A DNA stretch of 64,000 nucleotides, from the NCBI GenBank assembly GCA_951406725.2, contig OX597832.1, positions 61,628,001-61,692,000 on the forward strand, read 5' to 3'. Source of the DNA: Octopus vulgaris. Lineage: Eukaryota. The notes beneath the pieces are model-generated. The model was not told where the DNA came from and ran no database searches. It worked only from the letters and a program-made list of their open reading frames with translations. Within the stretch, counting starts at the first letter, position 1; each line of letters opens with the position of its first letter. A program made the position numbers and the translations under genes. Positions 15,210 to 28,989 of the stretch are shown here, piece after piece.

Positions 15210-15553
15210 AGGCGCATGGCTCAGTGGTTAGAGTGTGACGCACACAATCAAAAGGTAGCGTGTACGATTCCCAAACTGGGTGGTGTGTTTCGTTCTTGAG
15301 CAAAACATTTTATTTTATGTTTCTCCAGTTCACTCGTCTGCAGAAACGATTGCAACGTCACTGGTGCCAAGCTCTATCGGCCTTTGCCTCTCCTTTGCCT
15401 AACATCGGTGGCGTGAAGCGGGAAAGACAAGATATGTATTGACAACTGCTGATCTTCCGAACAAAAAAAAAACCTTGAGCGGACGTGTGCCTCGGATGTT
15501 AACTTTCTACGTGCTATGCCATTTTCATTCGTGACCGAAAGGCGTTTTTACCC
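15210..15553 (+). mobile_element. tRNA-derived SINE, family E
   Basis: Head GGCGCATGGCTCAGTGGTTAGAG...CGATTCCC and body TGCAACGTCACTGGTGCCAAGCT..ATCGGCC. Homologous to 43660-43990. Confidence 0.8.
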
Positions 15554-16201
15554 TATGTCAATTTCATCCGTTCCTGATACATTTCTGTGCTTTATTTTCA
15601 TTATACGCCAACGCAACATTCTTTCTCACGATGAATCCCGCAGTTTTGTGGATCTCTGAAGAGTATAGCCACGTGAAGTTAGATACTCAGTATGCTATTC
15701 TAAACAAATACTGCTAAGGCTGTATATAATATCTGATCGCACGGCCTGTCGGCTGCATGGTTACTCATTGGAGGCTGAGTGGAATAGAGCGACGTGAAAT
15801 CATATATTTTGCTCAAGAACACAACGCACTACCCGGTCCGATAATAGATACCATGATCTAGCGATCGTGAGTGCAATACCTTCACCACTAAGCAACACGC
15901 CTTCTCTTACACACACAGAGACATAGACACACACAAACACACATACAATCATTCAAAAGAAAATGATAAAATGGTGATATAACATTTAATAAAAATTCAT
16001 TATCTGCAAAAATCGAACGTACAGCTGTTTCGGTTAAGCCTAATAGATTAAATAGCAATTATTAAAATCATTATATTAGGCGTTCAGAGGGGTAGAAAAA
16101 AGATATACAGTTTGGATTTTAAGTGTTGCATTTTAGAAACATCACAGCAGACTGCTGTGATGATTCTAAAATATAACATTTAATTACAAACCTACACCCC
16201 A

Positions 16202-16247
<46 letters not shown>

Positions 16248-16252
<5 letters not shown>

Positions 16253-16505
16253 GGAAATGAAGAAAATGCTGACAAAATAATTTAAGTAATTTAAGTAATT
16301 TAATTAGGTGAAAGTTCTTTTTACCGATTGCGCATTTGTTATGCTTATCAAAAGAAAAAATCTATCAGAAAGGAACTCTATCTCTCTTAAAAATATATCT
16401 TTTGATAAGCATAACAAATGCGCAACCGGTAAAAAGAACTTTCACCTAATTAAATTACTTAAATTACTTGAATTATTTTGTCAGCATTTTCTTCATTTCC
16501 TTTTT
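16248..16505. repeat. Near-perfect inverted repeat (~108-bp arms, ~42-bp spacer) next to (TA)n; probably a PLE-terminus-derived foldback
   Basis: 16248-16355 is the reverse complement of 16398-16505 with few mismatches. The arms carry a degenerate hammerhead motif. Confidence 0.9.
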
Positions 16506-16542
16506 TATATATCACAACTCGTGTTCCACATCTCCTTTTTTA

Positions 16543-16616
<74 letters not shown>

Positions 16617-16619
16617 AGC

Positions 16620-16819
16620 AATTGCAGCGTAGAAGGTGTTTATAAGCCATTTAGGAAAAATACAAAGACCGTTAGATTCACTACAACATTTAAATTGAAT
16701 TTGCCAAAATATGTTCGTCCCTTTGAGACCGCGACCTATTCACTGACAAAATTCCGTGCTGCACGGAATTTTTAAAATGTGTTTTTAAATGGCTTATAAA
16801 CACCTTCCACGCTGCAATT
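16620..16819. repeat. Short foldback element with 34-bp inverted arms and an internal perfect palindrome
   Basis: AATTGCAGCGTAGAAGGTGTTTATAAGCCATTTA (16620-16653) versus TAAATGGCTTATAAACACCTTCCACGCTGCAATT (16786-16819); AAAATTCCGTGC-T-GCACGGAATTTT at 16748-16772. Confidence 0.85.
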
Positions 16820-16889
16820 CTGTTCGTTCCATTACACGACCTCAGATAAGGTCGCCTGCTATGCAAGTACATCTCCATAATCTATCTAT

Positions 16890-16928
<39 letters not shown>

Positions 16929-16969
16929 TATCTCTCTCTCTCTCTATCTATCTCTCTCTCTCTCTCTCT

Positions 16970-17015
<46 letters not shown>

Positions 17016-17189
17016 AAATATTTATTAAAAATATGATATATGATATATATGTCATATTCTTAATAAATATTTTTTCAGGAAAGCACTATAACTAATTTTT
17101 GTTGCAGGAAGAAGGAAAGAAGACAAATGAAGGTAGAATATTTGAGAAATAGTCACTAATCTCAGTAAAAGAAAGGCATGTATATAACC

Positions 17190-17396
17190 CTTTCTGCTAA
17201 AGGCACAATGACTGAACTTTATGGGGAAGGGACTAGCCAACTGCATCGACCCAATACGCAACTTGTACTTTATTTATCGACCTCGAAAGAATGAAATGCA
17301 AGGACGACCTCGGCGGAATTTGACCTCAGAACGGAAGGATGGGTGAAATGCCGCTAAGCATTTTCCCCGGTGTGCTAACGATTCTGTCAGCTCGCC
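17190..17396 (-). mobile_element. SINE family C (Nin-domain-like)
   Basis: Minus-strand head GGCGAGCTGACAGAATCGTTAGCACACCGGG...AAATTCCGCCGAGGTCG...TTTCGAGGTCGATAAATAAAGTAC. Confidence 0.8.
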
Positions 17397-17811
17397 TATA
17401 TAATAAATCAACAAAAGTAAAATGCCAATAATTATTTCAAAATCCTTTGCCTTCCTACATATTTCTTCTACATCCTTTGTCGTAATTTCATTGTGTGTCA
17501 TGTCTTAAAAGTACTGCTTCAATACAACAATTTCCCTGCCCTATATTTTAGGGGGCGCTTGAGCAAAGCGATAAAGTACTTTCACAATTTAGAGATCAGA
17601 GAGATAACAATCCCAGCACCCACAGCGACACCGAATTCTCTAAAACACATGTACACACATACACACAGACATATAGACACACAAACATAGGCATATTCAT
17701 ATCTATACATGCTTTATATATTCACATATACCTGCACCAAATGTGCGGGCTTATCTTATACAAGCATGTATGATTTATATATGGTATATATATCCATATG
17801 CATGTCTGAAT

Positions 17812-17897
<86 letters not shown>

Positions 17898-17936
17898 GCA
17901 TATATATATGTGTATATATATATATGTGTGTGTGTG

Positions 17937-17968
<32 letters not shown>

Positions 17969-17969
17969 A

Positions 17970-18000
<31 letters not shown>

Positions 18001-20105
18001 CATAAAAAATGCGGGCACAAATGCACTAAACAAATATCTGGGTCACTATTTCACATTCTAAAACATGACGATAATATTCGTTTCTATTACAGCACAAGAC
18101 CTGATATTTTGGGGAATGAGAACAGTCGATTAGATCTAATTCAGTGCTCCGTTCATGCCTAAAATTACTCTAAGAGATACAATGAACACAATCACCGTTA
18201 AGCAGAGCGCTATTAAGAACATGGTGCGGAACATAATGTTATTCAACGATACGGTGCAGGTTGAGAAACATTTTAGTGAAAACTTTTTAAAACACAGGTA
18301 ATTACATATAAATCACTTCTAGTAAGACAGTTATTGCATATAGTTATAATTTAATAGGTGATAAAACATTAACATTTTGTGTTCTTGCCGACACTTGGGT
18401 AAGAAAATATCTGCTCGGTTACTTTCGTGCAGTTCACGTCTATACCTACTCGACATTTTGTGAATTTCTCTCTCGTGCAACCAAACGTACCCACTAGCAG
18501 TTTTTGAGTAAATTGAGATAGTTAACAAGCCACATCATCAAGGTATGCTTGTTTCATTTCGTTTTAATATATGCTCTTATCAACAGCGGTGGATGAGGTG
18601 GATGATAATTTATTTCCAAGACCAGTAATGATGTGAAGTGGCTCGCCATTAGACCAGTGACTAATAGTTCTCTAGAAACTAGTGCCTGTTACTTTTGTTG
18701 ATACTTTCTGCTGCTTTATTTTGTTTCCTTTCCTTCACTTTCCAGTTGTTTCAAGGTAAAACACATTCAATAGTCCCTTGCTTCCGCACGTGTAGCAGCT
18801 CGGTCATTTCTACTGCGTCAAAAGTCACGTCTTTTCTCTAGGCATCCCCAAATAATCTTAGTATTCCTATGACCTACTGGCATTCATGGATCATTAGATG
18901 ATGACATGTCACAGTTGAATAACCCAGTGCTATCCACCCGCCTATACTGAAATACGAATGTGACGACGAACTCCGTATAGAGTTTGTCTCTGACGTATCA
19001 CATCCTTATTCATATATTTCTTTGTTCAATTCATAGAGGCACAAATTTATGAATGAAATTATGTCTAATGTTTCCAGTTCTGACATTGCAGCAGACGGTA
19101 TCTAAATCTTTATTCCTGTTGATTGAGATATTTCCTGATATTTCGTTTAGCACTTCAGGCTTCGATGGGAACTTGGATTCCACCCAACCATCCTTTTTAA
19201 AACATAGACGTGCTATCTTATTCTTACGGTTCTATTTGATTACTTTCAGTGACACACAGACACTCTCAAGATTTCACAGTTCTTCTGGTTCATTCTCTTC
19301 TCTAGAAACTTTGCTTGTATGTCTAGATTTTACAAATGATGTTATCTGATTTTTCTCTAAACTTCAGTTGGTTTACTTCGTGACCACTGGTTCTAAGAAT
19401 TGTGACATAACTGACGTGTGTAAATATCACACTATCACCAGCTCATGAAAGCAAGTTTTAGTACAAACACATAATTTTATATTCCCATTTGTGTAAGAGA
19501 CACGGCCACGTCAAAAGAAAGCATACATCGAACATATATACTTATTCTAATGTATATGACTTTGTTTTCCGCATATCACACCATGATATATGTTTATAGG
19601 ATTATTTATTAGAAAAAAGTGGTTTTTATTTGTCTACGTCATTTACTAGATTTCTCGTTTTATTATCTAAAAAAACATAAATGTTTATTTTTATCACTAA
19701 TATGGCTTTAGTTGTCAACTGACTTTATAATTTTTTTTTCTGAACTCGGAAACTAGAATACGTCAAGTACTTAGAATTTTTTCTAAAGTTATATGTCATT
19801 TTAGTTTTAGTAATTTAGTAATTTTCGATAGGTCTTGGTAGATCTCGGATATAACCTTCCATGAATGGTTCCATCCATGCATCCATCCATACTTCCATTG
19901 ATACGTACTCATATATTCTATATGTGTGTGTGCATGACTGCGGGCATATGAAAACATATCTACATGTACATGTATGTATGTATGTATGTATGTATGTATG
20001 TATGTATGTATGTATGTATGTATGTATGTATGTATATATATATATATGTATATATATATATACATCTATATGTATATTTATGCACTAAATATCGAAAAGA
20101 CGCTA

Positions 20106-20141
<36 letters not shown>

Positions 20142-20213
20142 GTGTATGCACATGTTTCATTTGCTTTTGTGAATGGGCGCTTCAGTGAATATATAACACA
20201 TTCCAGTAAGTCT

Positions 20214-20246
<33 letters not shown>

Positions 20247-20249
20247 GCT

Positions 20250-20285
<36 letters not shown>

Positions 20286-20429
20286 TGAATATGGAAGATC
20301 GAGATGAGCAAAAAAAAGTGACAGCAATAAAAAAATAAATAATATAACATAAAAATGAAATAAAACAAACACTTTATAAACGTTATTGCATATATCTTTA
20401 GCTCGTGTGTGTGTTCGTGTGTGTATATG

Positions 20430-20462
<33 letters not shown>

Positions 20463-21192
20463 ACATATGGATACGTATGCAACTATAAGTGTGTGCATAG
20501 TCTTGTGTCTAAAAAATATTTCAGCCTTGTAGTATTGGGTCTATCACCTATAATCTTTAAGAAAATAAATGCCACACTATCTTTCTGATTTTATTTCATT
20601 CTTTCCTTCTTTCCTTCTTTCCTTCTTTCTTTATTTCAGTCTATCCTTCTTTATCTCTATCTGCCTTTCTTTCTTACTTATGTACGGGATTTCTTCTCTT
20701 TCTTTTTCATATTTTTTTGTTATGTATCATTTTAAAATTTTATTTACATTTTACATATTTCCTTTATTTCTTTTTTCTTTCATTCCCTTAACAAAAACTG
20801 ATTTGAAAAAAAAAACGTATGGGAAGAAAAACTCCACAAATCTGCTAAAATTTTCCACATATACATATCGTGAAAAAAGTCTATATACTACGAAAGAAAT
20901 TCAACGTCAAAATTTAAAAAAAAAACAACAGATAAAGTATTAAATAAGAACGAATAAAAATATACATCGCTAAAAAGTAAAACACAAACGCTTGGTAATA
21001 ATGGCGAATTGCAAAGAGCTTTCTGTATTTTAAACTGCGAAATATGAAAATAAATTGATGTTAAAAGGAAAGCGGTTAATGACAGCAAAACTAAAACATT
21101 CCAGTCAAAGAAAAGAAAAGAAAAAAAAACAATAATATACGGGAATAATGTTTTTTTTAAAAATCCCAATAGGTTCGTGTGAAGAAAGAAAT

Positions 21193-21405
<213 letters not shown>

Positions 21406-21775
21406 GATCTAATGTAGGAAAGATATAGAAAACATGAGAAGAAAGTAAAATAGAGGTATTTCATGTACATATGAGGGTGTGCGTATGTATTTGTATTTAT
21501 ATTTATATGTATAAATGTGTATATGTGTGTGTGCGTTGTGCATATATACACACGCACACGTGTGTGTGTGTGTATATATATTCATATGTATGCAGAGAGA
21601 TAGATTCAAAAATAGATAGATAGACAGACAGACAGACAGATAGTTTCGTGGTTAGAAAAGATCACATGGGAAATACATATATATGTGTGTGTTTATACAT
21701 AGATATATGTGTGTGAGAGCGTTTGTGCTAGTTTATATGTGTGGATATGCATGCGTACATGTATATATATATATG

Positions 21776-21975
21776 GAGGCGCAATGGCCTAGTGGTTAGG
21801 GCAGCGGACTTGCGGTCGGAGGATCGCGGTTTCGATTCCCAGACCGGGCGTTGTGTGTGTTTATTGAGCGAAAACACCTAAAAGCTCCACGAGGCTCCGG
21901 CAGGAGGTGGTGATCCCTGCTGTACTCTGAAAGGCGGTGCTCCAGCATGGCCGCAGTCAAATGACTGAAACAAAT
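21776..21975 (+). mobile_element. tRNA-derived SINE, family F head joined to a family A tail
   Basis: GGAGGCGCAATGGCCTAGTGGTTAGGGC...GGTTTCGATTCCC head, as in 34850-35190, followed directly by GGCGGTGCTCCAGCATGGCCGCAGTCAAATGACTGAAACAA. Confidence 0.85.
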
Positions 21976-22304
21976 ACAAAAAAAAATATATATATATAAA
22001 AATATATATATATATATATACATATATAAGTATATATATATATGTGCGTGTGTGTGTGTATGTGCGTGTATGCTCATATATATGAATATATCTATATGTA
22101 TGTATATGCATAATCTGGGTAAATGTAGAAGTGAAAAGAGAAATGAGAAATATGAAAGCTGCAGATTTGAAACGCTTCAAATTACACGTTCCGAAAGAGC
22201 CATTGTCTATTGTTTCTATCACACTATATGATCCATACAGAGTCCTCTTCATATCCGCATACTTCTTCCTCTTTCGTTACACCAATATGCATTCGTGTGT
22301 GTGC

Positions 22305-22335
<31 letters not shown>

Positions 22336-22417
22336 CAACCACGCACTTACATATTTGTATATAGATGTATATTTCCATGTACTTCTGAATCTATCTATAT
22401 ATATATCTATATATATA

Positions 22418-22493
<76 letters not shown>

Positions 22494-22530
22494 TATATAC
22501 ACATATACTTATACACACATATACATATAC

Positions 22531-22597
<67 letters not shown>

Positions 22598-24319
22598 ATT
22601 GCCTAAAATATAATGCTTTCATAGCAACTGAGAACAAGAAATATTATTCCAGAGAAAGAACTAAATGCATCATGTAGACTGAAATGTTCATATATTTCAA
22701 GAACAACCACCAAAATAGAAATGATCGTACATACATACATACATACATACATACATACATACATACATACATACATACATACAACGTTATTGATGCTGAA
22801 ATTCCAGTGAAGTGCCCTGGACGTAAGTTAGAAACCGGATCTTTCTCTATTGGCAAGAAATCCAGAACTAAAACTAACCATTGACATACATACACACACA
22901 TATATATACACATGCATACAAGGTTCTCTCTCCTCTCCCTTTCTCTCTCTATATATAAATACATGTTTGCGCGCGCGTGTGTGTGTGCGTGCATACTTGT
23001 GGATACCGGCATCGTCCTCTGTGGAGACAAACCTTAATCTATGAAGAAGTAAGATCTTTAAGATCCCCCCAATGGTATGTTTACCATGTTTTTTATGAGT
23101 GCTCATAATCACTCATGGCTTGAGTACGTGATCTCAAAGAAGATTTCTAGACTCATCCTATTCACATTTACTCCAGTTGCTGAACGGTCACTTTACTTCC
23201 GTGGCCATTGTTATTGTGCTGTGGACCATTGTCATATAATTTGTTATATTTTTGGAGACTAGACTTGTAGATTCTGAAAATTGTCTCTGCAGCCATGCTG
23301 GTGCAACATCTTGAAGGGTTTTAGTCGATCTAATTGATACCAATATCGAAATTTTTAAAATCTTGCACTTATTCTATCCTATGTCAAAGTGCTAATTTAC
23401 GGGGATGTAAACAGAGCAACAGCGATTGACAATATTTGACAGGCTTCTTTTAGTTTCTGTCTACTAAATCCATCCACAAGGCTCTGGTCGGCACGGGGCT
23501 ATAGTGGCAGAGATTTTCCGCGCCAACATTTACCGAACGTCCTACACAAAGGATTTGTTGATCGCCATCAACTGTTTATGCTGTACATTGAAACACTCCC
23601 CCACCCCAGCAAATCGATATTTGATGGGGGGGGGGTGTACAGATGCATACGTCAGCTGTCAAAGTGATCGCAGAGCAAACGTGAAATGAAGTGTTCTGCA
23701 AAAGAAGACAACACCCTGGCTGATCTGTAAATCGATTCTACAATCTTACGATCAGTAACATCCTAACTTCGTCCTTGTGTTACTTACCAAAAAAGAACCG
23801 AAGGGTAAAATTGGTTTCGTCGTGATTTGAACTTAGAGAGTTGGGAGATGGAACGAATGCCGAGTAGCATTCTATTCAATACTGTAACGATTTTGCCGGT
23901 TAAGGGCGATTTCACTGTTGCAGGATAAATCATTCCAAAACTATAATACCACCTCCACAAACACACACACACAAACACATCTCGGTCCACCAGAAAACTG
24001 TCTGATTATTTCATTGCCTGATAACTCTCATCGCTTGACAATTTCATCAACAGAGAATTTCGTCGCTGAATGATTTCATCTTGTGACACTTTCGTCGCCT
24101 GATACCTCCATCGATTTATTTCGCTGATCGGCGAATTCCCTACAAAGTAATACGTCGCTCGTCCGTATATTTCTCATCATATTTGTTAACCGCATATTAA
24201 ATATATCATTCGATATTATTCGAAGTAAGCTTTAGTAGAGAAAATGCTTCGCGTTTCATTAACAACATAAAATAAATCCAAACTAAAATAGGCTTGGGCA
24301 TGTCAAGAGAAATTTAGTT

Positions 24320-24447
24320 CCCAACCACATAGTTCCATTTTCAATCCCCTTGCCTGGCACCTTGAGCAAGGTTCTTCTGCTATAGCCTTGGGCCGAACAA
24401 AGCTTTGTGAATAGATTTGATGACAGAAGCTGAAAGAAACCCGTCGT
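24320..24447 (-). mobile_element. SINE family A, 5' part (diverged)
   Basis: CCCAACCACATAGTTCC...GGCACCTTGAGCAAG...TATAGCCTTGGGCCGAACAAAGC...GAAAGAAACCCGTCGT matches the family A head as written here; the orientation call is tentative. Confidence 0.55.
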
Positions 24448-24454
24448 ATATATC

Positions 24455-24660
24455 GCCATGTTGATTCGCTAGCCTCTGCACGCATTTTTTTCTCTCCTTG
24501 TTTCTCTCCGTGTTTCTTTTCTGTGTATCTTTCTGTTGAAGAGCGTAGGCTCGAAACGTAAAATACTTTTTTATTTATATTCCTGAGCGCCATACTAATA
24601 CAATTGTTTGTTTGTATTCCACCTGCCTTCGTCTTTTGTTTATTTTCATAAAGCTTCCCG

Positions 24661-24662
<2 letters not shown>
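24455..24662 (+). mobile_element. ~200-bp non-coding element with hammerhead-like motif, 3' end at (TA)n
   Basis: CTTTCTGTTGAAGAGCGTAGGCTCGAAACGTAAAA at 24529-24563. Three homologous copies in the window. Confidence 0.75.
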
Positions 24663-24738
<76 letters not shown>

Positions 24739-24879
24739 ATATATATGTACGTATGTATGTTCGTATGTATATGGATAGATAAACAGATTGATGCATGCAT
24801 GAATGCATATATATATGCATATATAGACATGTGTGTGAGAGCGCGGGCGCCCGCGCGTGTATGTGTGAGTGTGTGTGTC

Positions 24880-25090
24880 TTTATTTACGTTTATCCCTCA
24901 TCACCGCTTGACAACCAGATTTATATCCCCGTCTGTAACTTAGCGGTTCGGTAAAAGAGGCCGATAGAATAAGAACCAAGCTTTACAAGAAAAGGAAGAT
25001 AGTAATAACTACTGGGATTTATTCGTTCGACTAAAATGCTACATGGCGGTGCTCCAGCATGGCCTCGGTCTAATGACAGAAACAAGTAAT
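24880..25090 (+). mobile_element. SINE family A, 3' part
   Basis: CGCTTGACAACC...TAACTTAGCGGTTCGGTAAAAGAGGCCGATAGAATAAG...GGCGGTGCTCCAGCATGGCC. Confidence 0.8.
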
Positions 25091-25561
25091 AGATAGATAA
25101 GAGAAAAAAAATAGTTCCATTCTACAATCTCAGAAATCTTTGAAAAGGAATTAATCCCCAAACTAAGTAGTGATCCTCAGTGCAAATATAAGGATCATGA
25201 AGCGAAATATATGGTTTTATCTGTTTAGTGAGTTTTTTGTTATTTATTTTGCGATCCTGTTTAAACGTAATTGCTTTTCCTTGAATATTTTAAGTAAATT
25301 TGATATTAATAACTCTTTTAGTGTTCAAATTTCTTTTACATTTTTACTGTACTTCGACGCATTTTTTATTACGAATAAAGAAAAAAAATTGTATGTTTAA
25401 CGATGTATTTACTCAACTGACAAATAGTTTTAAATAATATTAAGCGATTAGCGATGCATTAATTACTTGCATAAGAAGCATGACCGAATGATGTAGCAGT
25501 TACCTCTTTCACTCAAGGATAAGTTTTTCACCGATGTATTGATTCCTTATGTTATTATTTT

Positions 25562-25765
25562 GCCGGCAGAATCGTTAGCACGCCGGGCAAAATGCTCTGT
25601 AGCATTTCGTCTGCCCGTACGTTCTGAGTTAAATTCCGCCGAGGTCGAGTTTGCCATTCCTCATCTCGCGGTCAGTAAAATAAATGCCAGTTGAGCTCTG
25701 GGGTTGGTGCAATCGACTTGCACCACCCACCGAAGTTGCTGGCCTTGTGCCAAAATTTGACACCG
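25562..25765 (+). mobile_element. SINE family C (Nin-domain-like), near full length
   Basis: GGCAGAATCGTTAGCACGCCGGGCAAAATGC...TTCTGAGTTAAATTCCGCCGAGGTCGAGTTTGCC...GCTGGCCTTGTGCCAAAATTTGA. Confidence 0.8.
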
Positions 25766-27291
25766 TTGGTTTTGCTATAAAATTGCCAAACGAAAAAATA
25801 ACAACATTGACATGCTAGAAGGAACAACCTAATCTCGTTGGAAAATTTAAACTAAGATGTATTATTAATATTGGTTGTTCCCGGTTGGAACGTCTTTAGT
25901 TATATGCAGAATGTTTGGACTAATTTTGACACTGTTTTATGACTCCCTTGAGATTTTCAGGAACAGCTTCTTGTATTGGCGAACAGTCAACGGCGCTGGA
26001 GAGCTTAAAGCTGGAGTTCAGAAAACGTTAGATGACATGGAGGATTGGAAAATATCTGAGTATTGGCGAAGAGTTATATATATTATGATGATTCGCGTCA
26101 AGTATCAAAACGCCGACATCACAGCTGCTACTTAATGTTCTTTGAACTCTGTAAAGTTTGTATGGTGTGACATGGACTGCAACGGGGACTACGATGCCGT
26201 TGGAGGAAATCCATTGATGGAAAGAAATGTAATGTGATCAACTGATGAAGGATAAAGAAATTTATTTATCTACGAAGCACTCAATGTTTTTATGTTGTGT
26301 TGTTTTTAGATGCCTTACCGCGTTACAATTTATCTCTATTTGAATTGTCCACATAAAATCACTTCTTTATTTGGTTGTTTTTGTTATGTTTACTGGAAAA
26401 GAAAATCACGATGCGGAAATTAATTCTATTCCAATCTTGGAAATATTACAAAATAGTGACTGCTGTTGTTGTGACAGCTTCTATCGAAGTCAGTTTGTAT
26501 TCGAGGAAATTTATAATAAAGGGTCGACCAGTCGTGACTATCGTGTCTGTATTTTTTCCTTGTGCTTGTGATTACTTGGAAAGACACCGTCCAGTGAAAG
26601 ATACATTTTTACGACAGTAGGGTGGGTTGTGGCTTGCACGAGACCATATTTTATATCAGTGATTAAATGTTGAAACTGCCTCCAGTATATGACTGGTACT
26701 CAATGTATCTATGCTGGAAATATTCAAGACAATATCACAATCGGTAAGGTTTGCGCAAAAATCATTTAGAAAATGAGATAGCCGAATACCTGGAAACTCG
26801 CATAGCAGAAGAACCGTGAAGAAGACAGTCCCCAGAATTTTTTGTAGTTCAAGAGGTGTGAGTATTTATTTCTCAGTGGCTCTAGGAATCTATAGCCAAA
26901 CGCTCTTCAGCAAGAAAGAGTTCAAATCCCAGTGTCGCAGCCTGCAACCTCACTGAATTTGAACACAATTGAAAATTTGCCGAAATAATTCCTCAAATAA
27001 CACGTGAATAGAAAGAATTTGATTTGGCGCACCGAAATGACTGCAGAATATAATTCAATACCGGTTTAATCATCAATGCCTCATCTGGTAGCTGCTGTGT
27101 CCTGCGGGCGCAGAAAAGGAAAACAGGAAATATTGAGCAATGTCAGTGTATTAAATTCTATTTAATTCTGTTCATATTGGGTAATCTTTATTGTAATAGG
27201 CACAATAATGTGATTTATAGACTTTTAAATAATTCCATACCATTTTTTTTACTGTAATACGAATAAGAACCAATAATATATATATATGAAT

Positions 27292-27405
<114 letters not shown>

Positions 27406-27516
27406 GCATATATATATACATATATTTACATATATTTATATATACACATATATATATGCACACTCATATACACATATATATATATACACACAAACACATA
27501 TACATAAATTTAAACG

Positions 27517-27559
<43 letters not shown>

Positions 27560-28849
27560 AAATATACTTGTTTGGGAATGAAAGCAATAGATATGTAAGT
27601 ATTAGATCGTGAATCCTTGAATGAAAGTGAGCGTTCATATGTCCATATGTCTCTGCTTCCGTCTGGTTGCCTGCCTGTCAGTCTCTCTGTCTCTCTCTCT
27701 TACTCTCCCCTTTCTCTCCCTCTCTCTCTCTCTCTCAGTGTTTGTGTGGGAGATTTTGTGTGCAGCGTGGTACATTTGTTTTTCCTATTTTATACTCCTT
27801 TAAGGAATCTGCATTTTTAGCGTGGAAACCCTGCCAAATACAAACCCTCATATATTCAATTGTTCATATATATATAAATATATATATATATAGTGAGGGA
27901 GGGAGAGGAAGATAGATAGATAGATAGATAGATACATAGGTAGACAAACAGACAGATCGATATAGATATAATTGCATATATTTATACGTTTGTATTTATA
28001 TGTATATGTATATACGCAGATATGTATGTACGTGTGTGTGTAATTTTTTCTTGTTTGTGTGAATTTGTGTGTATATATATGTGTGGGCGGGGAGGTGTCC
28101 AGTTATGATTAGTAACCATAATACAGATACGAAAAAAAAATGACTCATTCGATTAGTCAAGCAATAACCATGCGAAGTTTATTACGTCTTAAAGAACGAT
28201 CTGCTCTCTTCCCTCATCCGGATGCAAGCCAAGATTAACACACGCACGCACAAGTTCCCGCCACACAATCACAGCCGAATACATTCCCTTTCACAAACAC
28301 ATCGTCCCCACAGACACATAAGACTGTATACGCGTTCATCAGTAATAACATATGAGTTTACTAGCCCACTCATCTCTTCATATGACGTCAGGTGTTTGGG
28401 GGTGAAGAACTAGTGCAAATTTTATCTGTCCTGAGAATCTCTTTTAGGAATGATTCTCTCAATCTCTGCCGGTATAGATATGTAGTTAAACTGGTTTTGG
28501 CAGCCACTTCTTTCCGAGTTCGATCCTGTAGTGCTGCGTCGTTTGCTTGGTTGGTTAGCTTCGTGTGTCACGAACTCGTATTATTCGCTAAAAGTCTGTT
28601 ACTAGAATTGGTCGGGTGGAAACCAACACAGACGTTAATAAGTTTTATATATATATATATAACATATTAACTAGTTTACGGGGACGTAAATACACCAGCA
28701 TCGGCAGTCATGCGACGGTGTGGGGACAAACACAAACACACAAATGTGTGTATAGCAATGTGTATATCTTTATGGTGTGTTTATGCGCCATTCCAGCATA
28801 GCCTCATTTCAGTTCTTCAATGACGGAAACAAGTAAAAGTTTGTGTATG

Positions 28850-28904
<55 letters not shown>

Positions 28905-28989
28905 ACTCACACACAGACACACACAGACACACACACACACTCACACACACACATATATATATATATATACATACATACATATACATCCA

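Noticed and set aside
21776-21850. tRNA gene call for SINE heads (also 30421-30497, 28990, 43660)
   Set aside because: A/B boxes are present, but I could not complete an acceptor stem, and each head continues into repeat-derived sequence.
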